Origin: Chrysomallon squamiferum
Taxonomy: Eukaryota; Animalia; Mollusca
Length of the DNA: 64,000 bases
Reading direction: 5' to 3'
NCBI GenBank assembly: GCA_012295275.1
Contig: CM022668.1
Location: forward strand, 7,316,001 to 7,380,000
The translations under genes and the position numbers were made by a program. The notes under the pieces are model-generated. The model was not told where the DNA came from. It saw only the letters and a list, made by a program, of their open reading frames with translations, and did not search any database. Shown one piece after another: positions 50,131 to 64,000 of the stretch (its first letter is position 1; each line of letters begins with the position of its first letter).

Positions 50131-51479
50131 TTTGTTTAATGCTAACATAGCACAAAAATAAAATCAGCTCTTGGATGTTTATTCAAAGATAAATAAAATA
50201 TTCATTAGAAGTTAAAGTATCTTTAGATAAAGTGGGGATTATTTTTTAGGCTGATTATATAGTGGATAATTGTGCAAATTAATTTAAAACTCATAGTGGA
50301 TTATAAAAGAGTGATCATTTTAGTAGAGGTTAAAATACTATTAGATAATGTGTGAATTGTCTACAAGGCTAATTAAATTTATTAATTTGGTATGTTTATT
50401 TAAAACTTGTAGAAGATTATGATATTTCACATTACCATCTGATCTAAAATGTTTCATTCAGAGGCTGAAGTTATGTTAAGCTAATTAGATTGTGGGCAGT
50501 TGGACAAGTTCATTTAAAACTGGCAGAGCACTGAGAGAGTTAACTGTAGTAGGTGTGTCTGTGTGTTTGTGGTGTGTGCATACATTTTACAGAGATAATG
50601 ATATAGTTTACATTAGCAATAATCACTAATCGGAAGGTACATATGCGTTTTTGTGTATACATTTATTTTACAAACATTAACATTTAGTTTATATTAGCCA
50701 TTTTCACAAATTTGCAGGATAATTGTGTAATCAACATTTGCCCATTTTATCTAATTAATGATCACTAGCTGGTACAAAAGTTGATGTAAGGTAGATAAGT
50801 AAATTACTTTTATTTGAATAATTAAATGCTAGTAAATTTATCAAAAGACCAGCATTGATTTGAATTCATATTTCTTTCCAGTTAAACATATATATATATA
50901 TATATACACACATACGATAAAAGTCCTTGTAATAATTTGTCATCTTTGTTATTTCAGCTACTTCTATTAAATTTTTCTTTTAATTTCAGATGTTTTTCAA
51001 TTAAATAGTTTATATAATACATACAAAGCCACACTGACAAACACAAAATAACCCAGAATATTTTATATCATCAAATGTACACATGAATCAATCAATGTGA
51101 GATGAAAGTTGAATTGTCTCCCATTCATCTGGTCTTGACAAAGACATTTTGCAAGACAAAATTAAATGGTATATGAATAAAAAGATCTGAAGGCAGTAAC
51201 AGTGGAAATTTAGTGGCAAATGGATAACAGAGAAAGAAAAAAAAAAAAACCCAATAATGGAGAACTGACAATGAAATTATCTGTGGTGCCTAAAAGATTC
51301 TCTTTATAATGCAAAAAGGAAAACAGTGTCAAATTTTGAAGACTAACAATAAAACAAAGATAACATTTGTTAAAAAACATATCAAAAGCTAGGAAAAACA
51401 GAAGCTGTGAAAGATAATAAACATGTTTATTGAGGGAATCAGTTTATTTCTGTTATTAACATTATTAACATTTACACAG

Positions 51480-54240
51480 TTAACGAGCTGTTCCAACTCT
51501 GGGTCCAGCACCCTCCTGAAAAACAAAAATAAAAATATTTAAAATTTATTTACATAAAATATTATATCTGCAGAGTTAACTTACTTAAATATATTATGAC
51601 ATTCTTTACAAATTTATTTCCTTCAAAATCATCAAAGATATGTTACTGGTATTCTTACTAGTTCCAAATATGATTTTTATCATACATCAGAATACAACTA
51701 CAAAAGAACTTATATGGGTTTGAATTTGAATTTTCACCATACTTGCCCACTACATACTTTGGGAAGCATTTTACATGAAATGCAGTACAGACTGTAATTT
51801 TATTTTACAACACACGGAAGATGTATTAAATGCTGGTTGTATCAAATACACACCCTCATTGGTCTGAATCTGAGTGGTGGACTGCGATCTTTCCTTGCCT
51901 CTCGTGACCTGTTTCTCACCACCTTCGAGTGAATGGCACACGACACACAGTACAGAAGCTTTGCATACAGCTTAGGCAGAGCATACACTGAAAATAAAAA
52001 ACATTTATCAAGTATGTATTTTACTCACACTCTCACACACACACATTACCTACAATATATCTAATATATCATATACAATGAAATAATAACATTTATCAAG
52101 TATCTATTTTACATGTATATGTTCCATACACTGAAAATTGTATTTTATATAAACTATTGAGTATTTATTTTACACGTATATATTACATACAGTAAGTATT
52201 GTACATGTGTATTATCTACAGTATATCACAAACTGAAAATAAAAACCATTAATTATATACATCATCTACTCTCATGTTCACAGAAAACAAAAACTATCCT
52301 ATCCAAAAAATAAAAATCTGTATTATTACACACACATAAATGTATAGTAAAAAAATAAGTGGGTTAACAAACATTAAAATGCTACTGCAACTGTCCAGTT
52401 TGCCCCAGTTTGAAGGTGAAGTAAGTCAAAACCAGTCCATAATTTTGTAAATTATTATATTGTACAATGGTAAGTTGTACAACTCAGAAAACAGATTGTA
52501 ATAACAGAAAAATATTTTAAAGTTTACCATGTACCAAGTTAAAATTTATGAAATATAGGTTACAGTACTGAATTAAATGTTAAAGATATGGAGATTTAAA
52601 AGCTGAATAACTAGAAATAGAAATTTTTATATAATATAGAATTCACTATTTTGTAACTATAATTCTGACCAAAAGAGTAATATAAAATAATAATATTCTC
52701 TTCACAAATGATAGCATGGAAAATTTTTAAGAAACTCTCAGTAAACTGCAATCATGTTTACAACCTGGTTATTTGAAAGAAACTTCTAATTTAAAAAAAA
52801 TAATTTTAAATTAGAAGATATATTATTAGTATTAATCCAGTATTTTCCACACTTTTATGAAACAACAGTGTTGTGTTATTATTCCCTTCCTCTTTATATT
52901 TTTAATATTATAATTGTCAGTACAATTAAAATATATTTAAACAATTAAAATGATCTATTTTTTAATCACTCTGTAGTATATTAAATGAAAATTAAATATT
53001 TTTATTAAACATTTATAAAATTCTATGCAATACCTCATCTGAATTTCTGACACCCAAATTTGTTACAGTAATTCATGTTCAAACGGGACCTTCATAAATA
53101 TTTTGATGAGCAACACACCTACATGAAATACTATATAAAAAAACATACCTTCATAAACACTAGCATCAGAAATATCTCTCACAGCAGCCGCTTCAACAAT
53201 GTTCCTGATCACAAATTTCTTTATAGCTTTGTCCTTCGGAACACATCGCGCACAGTTAGTACAGCGGATGAATTTTACATGACCACGACCTTTCTTTGAT
53301 CGACCATTATTTCTCCTTTTTGAAGTCTGAAAATAAATATTTCATAATTCATATATAAAATAAATACATTTTTTTATTTACTCATTTTTATTTTTTAACA
53401 TCTTAATTCTTCTTTTTGAAGAAATAATAATTTAGCAGAGTAATATGCACAACTTTCTTACTGTAGCATAAACTATACCCTTTAGTTTAACACAATCATT
53501 TTCCAGTGAAGCATATTTGTGAATAATTTACCTATGTAATGCAATTAAAAGATGACTTGATATTGGCATTGTCATGTTATGTAATGGTAACTTTTGACAG
53601 CAAGTTGTGTCAAGTTCATATATTTCATGTTTTAGATGTAATGTTTGTATTTGAACATTTTTGTTTTGGATTAAAAATCTTACAATGTAATGAAAATGAA
53701 AATAGGAAATTTAAAAAAAAAAAAAAAAAAAAAATCCATCCTTACTATCCCAAACATTACAACTGAATTTGTTAATAACTGTAACTTAGAAACTAAAAGT
53801 ATTAATTTTAACAGAGTAACTTATATTTAAAAGCGAATCATGACCAAAATAATTTTCTCCCAGTTCCAATGACCTGATGTTTGTACTATGTTGCATTTAA
53901 TGCAATATTAATAATATTTAATTTTTAAAAAGCAATTTCCTTAAACCTATTATGTATTAAAGTGGAACAGATTTTCTCTTAAAATCCCATAATAATCAAT
54001 GAAGTCACATTGTCCGACAGTGGTATTCATCATTTCATATCATTGCCGGCTGCGACAAAAAGTAAACCTGTCATATATATAATTTTATATAAGCCATTAT
54101 TACAAAATTAACAGTTAATTTTTGTTTTTATGCTAACAGACTTTATAAGTTACTTTATTTTCGTCACTATTTTAACAAAATTAAATGATATATAAGACTA
54201 AAATAAACTATTTCTTTGGAAGTCTGAAAGAACACACCAT
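51480..54240 (-). CDS. RPS26: 40S ribosomal protein S26 (eS26), 116 aa
   Basis: Exons 54238-54240 (ATG), 53149-53326, 51854-51987, 51480-51515. Translation [116 protein letters not shown]; AATAAA at about 51443-51448. Confidence 0.97.
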
Positions 54241-54260
54241 GCTTGCTGCTGGACTATTTC

Positions 54261-54271
54261 AGAAAAGGAAG
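54261..54271 (-). promoter_or_regulatory. 5'TOP / TCT-type transcription start of RPS26
   Basis: CTTCCTTTTCT 20 nt upstream of the ATG. Confidence 0.8.
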
Positions 54272-54597
54272 ATTAGTGCGCGCAGAGGTTGGAATTGTAC
54301 TATATTGCGAGTTACCTTAAAATATATCGATTTCTGCAATTAAGCGTATATTTACATAATGCATTCTAGGAAATAAAATGTTATTTGTTTTATATATTTA
54401 AAAGGAAATGAAATGTAAATAGGGATCTATTTTGTCTTTGTGAATGATTAGTTTGACTTCCGCTCTTTAAGGGAAATAACTCGAAACACAATCAAAGGTT
54501 TCACAGCAGACTTTAACTTGACATTTTCATTATATGAATAATTGAACATTAATATTTTTTCCATATTTTTATTTATGTACAGAATGGTCGGTTTTGT

Positions 54598-54666
<69 letters not shown>

Positions 54667-55194
54667 TTAGGTCTAAATGAAAGAACAAGAAATGAAGAAA
54701 TGTTATCTTGTCTTATCTATGTCGCTTTCTAAACGTCTTTTTGAAAGAAAGGTATTCTTCTAAATGAATGAATAATATTTTAATAATATCTCACTATATC
54801 ATTTTTGTATTATTAATGATTATTAGATGACAGTTTTTACTTAACCGCACATTATTAAGTAATATTTAAATATGTTTATAAATTCGACTTTTAGACGATT
54901 GTATTATGAAAAGAAAGGAAGCCAAACGAATTTGGATCTTTTATGTTAATTTTACTTTCCCGTCGTCAAGAATTGTAAAAATTATCAACGCCTTAGATAC
55001 AGCACAAAGGATGAAATATGTTATAATGAAAACGAGCTAGATGAAAGTTTTCTCTTAAACAGAAAAACGTTGTCTTTTAAAGAGATCTGTGGCGCTTTAA
55101 TTACCTCTTAATTCAGTTCAGACGTAGAAAATAATTCAAAAGAATAATAATAATAAAGATGATGATGATTACAACTTTAACAAGAACAATAAAA

Positions 55195-55249
<55 letters not shown>

Positions 55250-55443
55250 TTCCTGTCCGCATAGGGAATCCAGGTCAGAGGACATATATTAAACGTCTGT
55301 CCATTCATTCCTTGATTATTCGTACATTTTATTACTGCTTTATTGTTATTTTTCTTCGTTTAACTTAATACTTTGAAATGAACCTCACCTCACTTCATCC
55401 GCAAATTTATGTCCATACAATCATTGCATCATTTTTTGTTAAC

Positions 55444-55483
<40 letters not shown>

Positions 55484-55793
55484 TGTTTCTAAATCCATCT
55501 TTTAACCACATTTTTTTTTTTTTTTTTTTTGATTATTATTATTTTACAATTTAGTTTATCAGTTTATCAGCACCTGTTTTATGAAAACGTGAAACATCTG
55601 ATGTATTGTTGGAATCAATATTAACATTTTTGAATTTCCACTAGAGGTCAATTTATCCACACACACATAATATTATATATATATATATGTAAACAATATC
55701 CGTCACTTTTAATTTATCTGCCTTATTATTATTATTATTATATATGTATGTATGTGTTTGTGTAGACAGACAGACAGCCATACAGAGCGAGCG

Positions 55794-55864
<71 letters not shown>

Positions 55865-56666
55865 AAAAGAAGTAAAAGACAAAATGGCCAAGACAAATAA
55901 AACAAAATACAGACACGTACGCACAAACACTCACACGGACACTCATACAACCATACGAATACACGCACGTACGCAAACACATATTCAGGAACAATTCTGT
56001 GCGTGTGTTTGTGTATAATGGATATGTATGTGTAAGTGAGCACGTGTGCGCACGTGTGTATGTAATGGTATATGTGTGTGCGCCTATGTATGTCTGTGTG
56101 CAAGTTTATATGCAATGTGGGTGCATGTTTATGTATAATATGTGTGTGCGTGTTTGTGTAATATGTGTGTATGTATGTACCTGTGTGTGCGTTTTTATGT
56201 AATGAATCTGTATGTGTCAGTTTGTGCGTGTTTGTGCGTAATGGGTATGCATGTGTCGCTGTGTGCGTGTTTGTGTGTGATACGGATGTATATGTGAACT
56301 TACGTGCGTGTACGCGGGTGTGTGTGTGTCTGCGTACGAAACAAATGTGCCAACGATAATTAAACAAAGTTGTACCAAGGATAATTAAAATTTTTAAAAA
56401 TGTTCTGATTTATCGGTGACACACGTGCTGTTCATTCGTTTCTAGATTCATGCCGAGAACGAAAATAAAATGATAAGGTTTTCGGAAAGATTAGAATTGA
56501 CAGCTTGTCAAGTCTATCGATTTACGAAGTTTCTTTTTAACAGGTGATCTGTTACAGGATTTATTTGCACGGTGTTGGTCGCTCGTCTAAGGTGGTTAAT
56601 AAAAGATTTTGTAATTTCATTTCGCGTGTGCCAAAAACGTTCACGAGTTAATCCAGATATCCGAGG

Positions 56667-56788
56667 ATGAAACTGCACCTGACTGCCGTCGTCGTAGTTG
56701 TGATGGTTTTGGCTCTGGCTGAAGCACATGGTGGTTGGTGGGATCTTGACCAGGGACACCACGAAATGGGAAATTATGCATGGGGATG
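56667..56788 (+). CDS. First coding exon of a small secreted Trp-rich protein/peptide precursor (downstream exons uncertain)
   Basis: MKLHLTAVVVVVMVLALAEAHG-GWWDLDQGHHEMGNYAWG; canonical signal peptide; GC-richer patch; upstream acceptor TTTTTAACAG/ at 56543; donor ATG/GTACAG followed by low-complexity intron-like DNA. Confidence 0.6.
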
Positions 56789-57263
56789 GTACAGCTATAA
56801 TAATCAACGGTTATTTATTTATTTATTTATTTATTTGCTTACTTACTTACGTCTTTACTTAACTTCTTATTTACTAACTTACATATTTATTTATTTATTT
56901 TATTTTATTTTATTTTTATTTATTATATTACGTTATATAACATTACATTATATTACATTTTATGCTAATATATTCTGTTCTATAAGAGTTTCAGGGATTC
57001 ATTTAGCTAGATATTAAAGGAGCTATGCGTACATAGTTTTTGGATTGTTTAGGATCAGAGGAAATAAGGCTACACTTTTAGTGTTTCATTTTGCTTCAAG
57101 GAGGAATAGATACTCGGCTAAATTGTTCTTTTTATATTACTGTTATTATAATTTTTTAATTTACTTTTTTGTTTTTTTAAGTTTTAATGTCTTATTTTTT
57201 TATATTAATTTATTATTATCGAAGCATTATGTTATTATTTTTCTTCTTTTTCTTCTCCTTCTT

Positions 57264-57356
<93 letters not shown>

Positions 57357-58532
57357 TCGATATGATAGTTTAACAAAAACAAAAAAAAATATAATAGTTT
57401 AGCAAGATCTAAATTTTCTTTTTACGAGCTTAGAAATACATGTCTGTTGTTTTTATGGCAAATTACTAATTGAATTTTTTTTTTTCAAATTCTCATATTA
57501 ATTAAAAAATAAATAAAACGAATGAGTAAACAAATAAATAAATAAAAAGGAGCATTGGAGTGTGTGTTTTGAGGCGGCCATTTTGGAAATTCGGTCTACA
57601 CAGGTTTACTGAATTAATTCTGTTACAGTTACAAAGTAATTTTTAAAATTATTTCAGTTTCACCATATAAACATAAATATAAATACAGAATAAATATAAA
57701 TATAAATACAGATATAAATATAAATATATAACTCTTGTTTTGTTTTTAGACTAAAAACGCTTATAGCACAAAAAGATACTCTGCAAGAGGAATTACATCA
57801 GTGTATGTTAAAAGGTAACTTCAGAATGTTTATCATCACATTACTATTTCGCTGTTATTACTGTTGTTGTTGTTGTTTCTATATTATTTATTTATTTATT
57901 CTCATTATTATCATTTCTATATTTCTATTACGATCATTGTTATTATTACTGTTGTTGTTGTTGTTGTTGTATCCATTCGTCTACCTATGCATATACACAC
58001 ACGTATATATGTATATATGCATAGGTACACGAATGGACACACACACACACACACACACACAAAACACACACACACACACATATAGCCCGAAAAGACTTGA
58101 TTTTCCGTTTCGCGTCACGTTTGTTTTGACTTTCTATCATTTTGTTTTGTCTGCTTGCAGCTGTAGGTCTTTAAGCTTTCCAAGAACAGCAAGCGATTCA
58201 GCCAGTGAACCAGAACGACGATTTACAGTCAGTCAGAATAAAACAAATTCTGAACACACTTTGAGTCTTTGTTGATTAAATTACCCGTTTATATTTAAAA
58301 AAAAAAAAATAAATAAAATAAAAAAGAAGAAGAAATTAGGCTAAAACAAACAAAACACATACCCACACACCCAAACGCACTCCGTCATATATTTATATAT
58401 ACACACACATATACATACACACATACACACAGACATACGCACACACACATACTTATATATATATTATATACATACACACTCGCACACATATCCTACCATT
58501 CCCCACAAACAATTTAATCATTTAAAACTTTT

Positions 58533-58619
<87 letters not shown>

Positions 58620-61186
58620 TATGCAAAACAAAGGAAAACAATTGTTTATAACGTACCCGTCATTATCGCTATATATCTCACCTCCAGGGAATATTTCTAC
58701 AGCGCTTCAAGGTATTAGAAAGGTGAGAAAATGAAGTATTCAGGTAAAAACAGGTCTGGCAGGTAATTTCCCACCTGAAAAGCTATCGAAGAGTTACGGC
58801 GATTTTTGGTTCATTGTTTCACTTTCCGATGTGCGATCAATATGACGTAAACTAATGAGTTTTATTGACAGGACTTTTTAAAGGATTAGTTCATTTTGAA
58901 TTCGAGGGGTGAAAGTTTCCAAACTTTTGTCATGTAATTTTATATTTTACGAAAGAATAATAAAAAATAATAATAAAAAAAAAAAACTTTACTGTCGGTT
59001 CAAAGTAAATAACTGTTATTTCTTGTAATTAAAATAATTATTTTTGTTTTGTTGTTATTCAAATTCTTATTTTAACGTACCAATACATCTATACCCACCT
59101 TCAAGTGATCTCCCCTGTTTTCACATTCGTTAGACTTGGGAGGGGGTGGAAATTAACACGCACCAGTGATTTCTTGACTAACTTTGTTTCCTCAAGCCTA
59201 AATTGTTTCTTCTGGGAAAGATGTAAGTATTATAACTATTATCTATTCTTGTTTTTAATATTTTAAATCAGAAACCCACAATAACAGTTTACTGTCTTTA
59301 TTCGGGTGGATAGGGCAGGAGATGTTTAAATCTCGACTACAGATGACAATAAAAAAAAACAACATTTCGCCGGTTCACCAAAACTGTTGGCTTTATCTAG
59401 CATCGTATGACATTGATGGAACAGATGAAGAGATTGGGTGGAAAAGAAATATCGTAAAATGAAATAATTAAAAAAGAAATGAAAGTAACACCGTTGGGAC
59501 TCTTTTGTGCAAGCAGAATTATACTGATAGCAAAAAGAAAGAAACGTTTTTGTAAACTGGTGAATTTCTGTTTGCGTAACGTTATCGTCTGCTTGACTTA
59601 GACTAACGTTCTTTCAAATTACTGTTTATTTACATGCAGTTCGTCAGCACTTTATATTATTATTATTATTATTATTATTATTGTTATTATAATTATTATT
59701 ATTATTTAAAAATAACCATCGTTCATATCTGACGGTAACTACTTAAAATAACAATAAACGATAACCCAATGTTTGACTTATTAAATGCCATCGTTTATAT
59801 AAACGTATAGAAGTTGATTATAAAATAGCCTTTATTAGAGATTTTAGACCTTAGTAACTGGTTCTCTTTTATATATTATCTTGTCCAAAGACATTTTGCT
59901 TTTAATATTAAAACATTTAAAAGTTACGAAAAACAAATTTTAATTCATTCGTAAAATAAATTATAAATATATATAATCATACATCAGTGAACATAGATAA
60001 TTATGTTATTGAAAGCATTTTGATTCAGACTGTTGTTGTTTATTTAGAAACTGTCTTGTTTTCATTTACGAAAAACAGCATGTACAGATGTGAGATTACT
60101 GTGTTGATTTTTTTAAATGTCAAGACTGTTGTGAAAAAATGCTACAAAGACTGAGTTAACAAATAAGCTTTATTATTTCTTATTTGGAAAAAAAAAAATA
60201 ATTGTATGTTCCTTTGGCAAAATGAAATCAGTGCTATTCATGCATGCATATTGACACACACATACACACACATACTCGTGTGTGTGTGTAGATAGATATA
60301 TAGATATACAGAGACCTTGTTAATATGAACTAAAGCTATCCATATATGTTCTGCTACCTACCTATATATTTATTTACTTACTTCATATGCACATGCAACT
60401 ATAAACACTGATTACATTTTGTTAAAAATAATTTGCACATGCAAGCGCACACATATATTTATTTACTTACTTCATACACACACAACTATCTAAATAGATA
60501 TTATATTCCTATTTTTCTCACATGCCTGTTATGCATACACATCTATCTAAATAGATATCATATGTCTGTCTCTATGTTTGTTTTGTTTATATGAATATGT
60601 ATATGTCTGTGTGTTTGTTTTGTTTATATGAATAGATACAAACACACACACACACACACACACACAATAAGTGCAAAAACCTGTCTGTCTCTCAGGTTTT
60701 GAAAAGAGCAGAACCTCATCAACGTGTTGTATTTCTGAACAAAATCAATAATAAATCTGGAATAACAAATCCTGTCATTTTTAATAAACTCAACAAACCT
60801 TTCAGACAGGAAAAACAAAAATTAGACAATTAAAGGACACTGGAAATTAAATAAAAGAAAAGAAAAAAAATAATCTATATTAAGAATATTTTCATGAATA
60901 ATTCAGTAAATACTGCAGAAAGGAAAAAATAAATTATTATTCTACTGCTACTACTATTACTATTATTATTACTGCTACTAATATTATTATTACTGTTACT
61001 ACTGTTGTTATAATTATAATCCATTATTGTTATTTATTGTTATTGTGTACTGGTATTAATATTTTTGTATTTTATAGATTTCTTTATTTTAGTTTTTATT
61101 ATTAGTATTATTGTATTATAATTATGATTATTATTATTTCTGATGTCCTTATAGTAATTTCATGGCTATTACTATTACTGCTAATG

Positions 61187-61232
<46 letters not shown>

Positions 61233-61759
61233 CATATATTATCATCATCATAATAATGATTTCATTTATCTGTTTTAGTAATTTAAGCCTGCATATTAAT
61301 TAATATTTTATTTTTCATTTCTCCATTCCAAATGATCTTGTTTATAATTCAAAAGAACCTTTTACAATAACATGCACTGTTCATATAAGCTTTTAGCCAG
61401 TAAAGGCTTTTTCAATAATATATTAAGAGTGGTTCAGAGGATATCATTAGAAGACAGAACACCAAATTTATCACAATGGCATTTTAGTACTATAGGGAAT
61501 AGCATGTCACAAGCAATGTGAAAATTTGTCCATTACTGTTCCTTTTGCATTACTCAGTTTCCAAAACCTAATTTACAATTTGCATGACAACATGTTATGT
61601 TATCTGTACTAAGTCGCAGTGGCCCAATAATAATAATAGTAGTAGTAGCAGTAGTAGAAGTAGTAGTGGTAGCAGTAGTGGTAGCAGTAGTCGTAGTAGT
61701 AGTAGTAGCAGCAGCAGTAATAGTAGTGATGTTTGTAGTAATAAATCATGTGTATGTGC

Positions 61760-61834
61760 ATGTGTGTCCATGTGCCAGAGTGTGTGTGTGTGTGTGTGTG
61801 TGTGTCCATGTGCCAGTGTGTGTGTGTGTGTGTG

Positions 61835-61870
<36 letters not shown>

Positions 61871-62040
61871 ATGTGCCAGAGTGTGTGTGTGTGTGTGTGT
61901 GTGTCCATGTGCCAGTGTGTGTGTGTGTCCATGTCCATGTGCCAGAGTGTGTGTGTGTGTGTCCATGTCCATGTGCCAGAGTGTGTGTGTGTGTGTGTGT
62001 CCATGTGCCAGAGTGTGTGTGTGTGTGTGTGTCCATGTGC

Positions 62041-62078
<38 letters not shown>

Positions 62079-62129
62079 ATGTGCCAGAGTGTGTATGTGT
62101 GTGTGTGTGTGTGTCCATGTGCCAGAGTG

Positions 62130-62180
<51 letters not shown>
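61760..62180. repeat. Compound minisatellite: CCATGTGCCAGA core alternating with variable (GT)n
   Basis: About 10 cores of GTCCATGTGCCAG(A) separated by GT runs of varying length. Confidence 0.9.
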
Positions 62181-62186
<6 letters not shown>

Positions 62187-63767
62187 TAGATAAATTATCT
62201 ATACACATGCATGCATAAATAGAAAGGCATACACACATGCATCACACATACATAGATGTATATATGAGTGTATGTGCATGCTTGCATGTTTGTGTGTTTA
62301 AGTGTATGTGTAGGTACAGACTGGCTGACAATATACATTTATGAAATTTGCACTGAAATGAAATTAGTATTTTTATCTTGAACATTCTTTAAATTTTAGT
62401 GTTTATGTTTGTAAATACACTTAATATACTCTAAATACCTTATAAACCTTTTTAAATTGTTTAAAAATAAAGAGATACATATATATTTATTTGTTTGTGT
62501 GTAAGATTGTGTGAGCGGATGTTTGTGTGTATGTAGGTGTGTGAGTGTATGGGTGTTAAGCATACACACATGTGCATTTGTTTAAAAACATCTTTTTATG
62601 ATTTGCCTATTTATAATTAACTAAACTCAGCTCTCAAATGACTTTAAACTAATCCAATACAAATCCATAGCTGTCAAAATTTTCTCTGTAATTACGTACA
62701 AACATCTGATGCTAACACTAGTAGCAGCAGAAAATCTTGTTTTCAACCAAATACATTTTTGTTGAGGCCTGATAATAATAAAAACAACAGAAACATAACC
62801 AGTTGTGGTCATTAACTCTTTAACTCTATAGTTTGAGTGCATGACAAGTCACAGGTTCAGTCTTAATCCAGTACACTGGTTTAGCAATATTCCATTCCAA
62901 CCAGTCCTCCTAAGTTAATTTATCAAAGTTTATACCTTGCTGCTTATGGGAAGGTTCGTAAAAATATTTCTTATTGCTAATCATTGTGATTATATTTCTG
63001 TTATGCCTGCAGTAGTTTTGCTTCATAATTCTTATCTTTTAATTTTTATTGATTATTGATTGGTTGATTTATTGATTTTAAGAATTACTGTTCTGTATTA
63101 GAAAAAATATATTTTTCAACATAAAATGAAATACATTTTATGATATAAAATTGATAATTTCTTAGTATTTATATATTTTTTGGAATTACAAATTTGTTTT
63201 CAATGTAACATTGCCATTTTTGTTTTTGTTTAAAGAACTGCAGTTTAAAGTTAGGGCAAAAAAGGTTATTAACCTTAACATAAACTTTTTAGAAAATAAA
63301 TTACTTTTTTATAATATAAAACTGACAATTTTTCAATTTTATTTATTAAACAATTATATTTTATGATTAAAATTTAATAAACACATTTTTTTTTTTCAAT
63401 CTATCATAAAACAAAATACTTTTTATGATGTAACAAAGACAAGGGTTAATAGTGTTTACTAATTCTTAACATAAATATATTATTGCAAAACAAAATGCAT
63501 ATTGTCAATGGTTGTTTATATTTTATCTGCAGGTAGGACAGAAACATTAACAAAAAGCTGACGTTATTAAACAGTGGGTGTAAATATATAGATTAATGAA
63601 ATGTCACCAGAATCAATACTGTGCAGAAATAAAACAATAATAATAAAAAAAATCTTAAAAAAAAAAAAAAAAAAAAATTGAAAAAAGCAAACATCGAACG
63701 TTTCTATATTAATTTCTAGTTACTTGTGTTATAAACAATATCTGCATTCTTGGATATTATGGACTGA

Positions 63768-63812
<45 letters not shown>

Positions 63813-64000
63813 ATAATAAAAATAAAAATTTAATTTCTAGTATATTGAAATAAATCATATATATATATATATAGACACACACACACACAGACACACACAC
63901 ATACACACACACACATACAGACACACACACACATACACAGACACATATACACACACACACACACACTCTGAAACAGAAACATGTTAATAACTGGACACAT

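Noticed and set aside
53075-53299. Plus-strand 74-aa ORF
   Set aside because: Antisense to RPS26 exon 2.
53960-54034. Box C (ATGATGA, minus) in RPS26 intron 1
   Set aside because: No CTGA box D or terminal stem at a suitable distance.
57573-57585. YY1 motif GGCGGCCATTTTG as a separate promoter
   Set aside because: No supporting downstream gene identified; it may instead be coding sequence of the secreted-peptide gene. Unresolved, so not called.
61760-62180. CRISPR-like repeat/spacer appearance
   Set aside because: Spacers are just (GT)n, the core is about 12 bp, the context is eukaryotic and there are no cas genes.

Overview
AT-rich, microsatellite-saturated eukaryotic (animal) genomic DNA. 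The style resembles an octopod cephalopod or other mollusc, which is an inference only. There is one 200-N gap. Three spliced protein genes can be reconstructed by hand: (1) the 5' part of an uncharacterised type-I membrane protein with signal peptide, EF-hand and TM helix (minus, 22-5409, continuing off the window); (2) a complete 370-aa paraoxonase/arylesterase (plus, 40252-47295); (3) complete RPS26 (minus, 51480-54240). There is also a signal-peptide exon of a small Trp-rich secreted peptide (plus, 56667). Between genes 1 and 2 lies about 32 kb (6.8-38.7 kb) of tandemly amplified, rearranged copies of one unit. It looks like a spliced non-coding gene on the minus strand: a CRE-containing promoter/exon 1, a 166-172 nt exon 2, a nearly invariant 104-nt structured exon 3 and a terminal exon. 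One promoter copy is inverted, and two internally deleted mariner elements lie in the array. Exon 1 and the 3' end of exon 2, separated by 2-4 kb of satellite, are complementary (11 bp + 15 bp helices with a G-U pair in the transcribed sense). Almost all ORFs in the supplied track are microsatellite artefacts.
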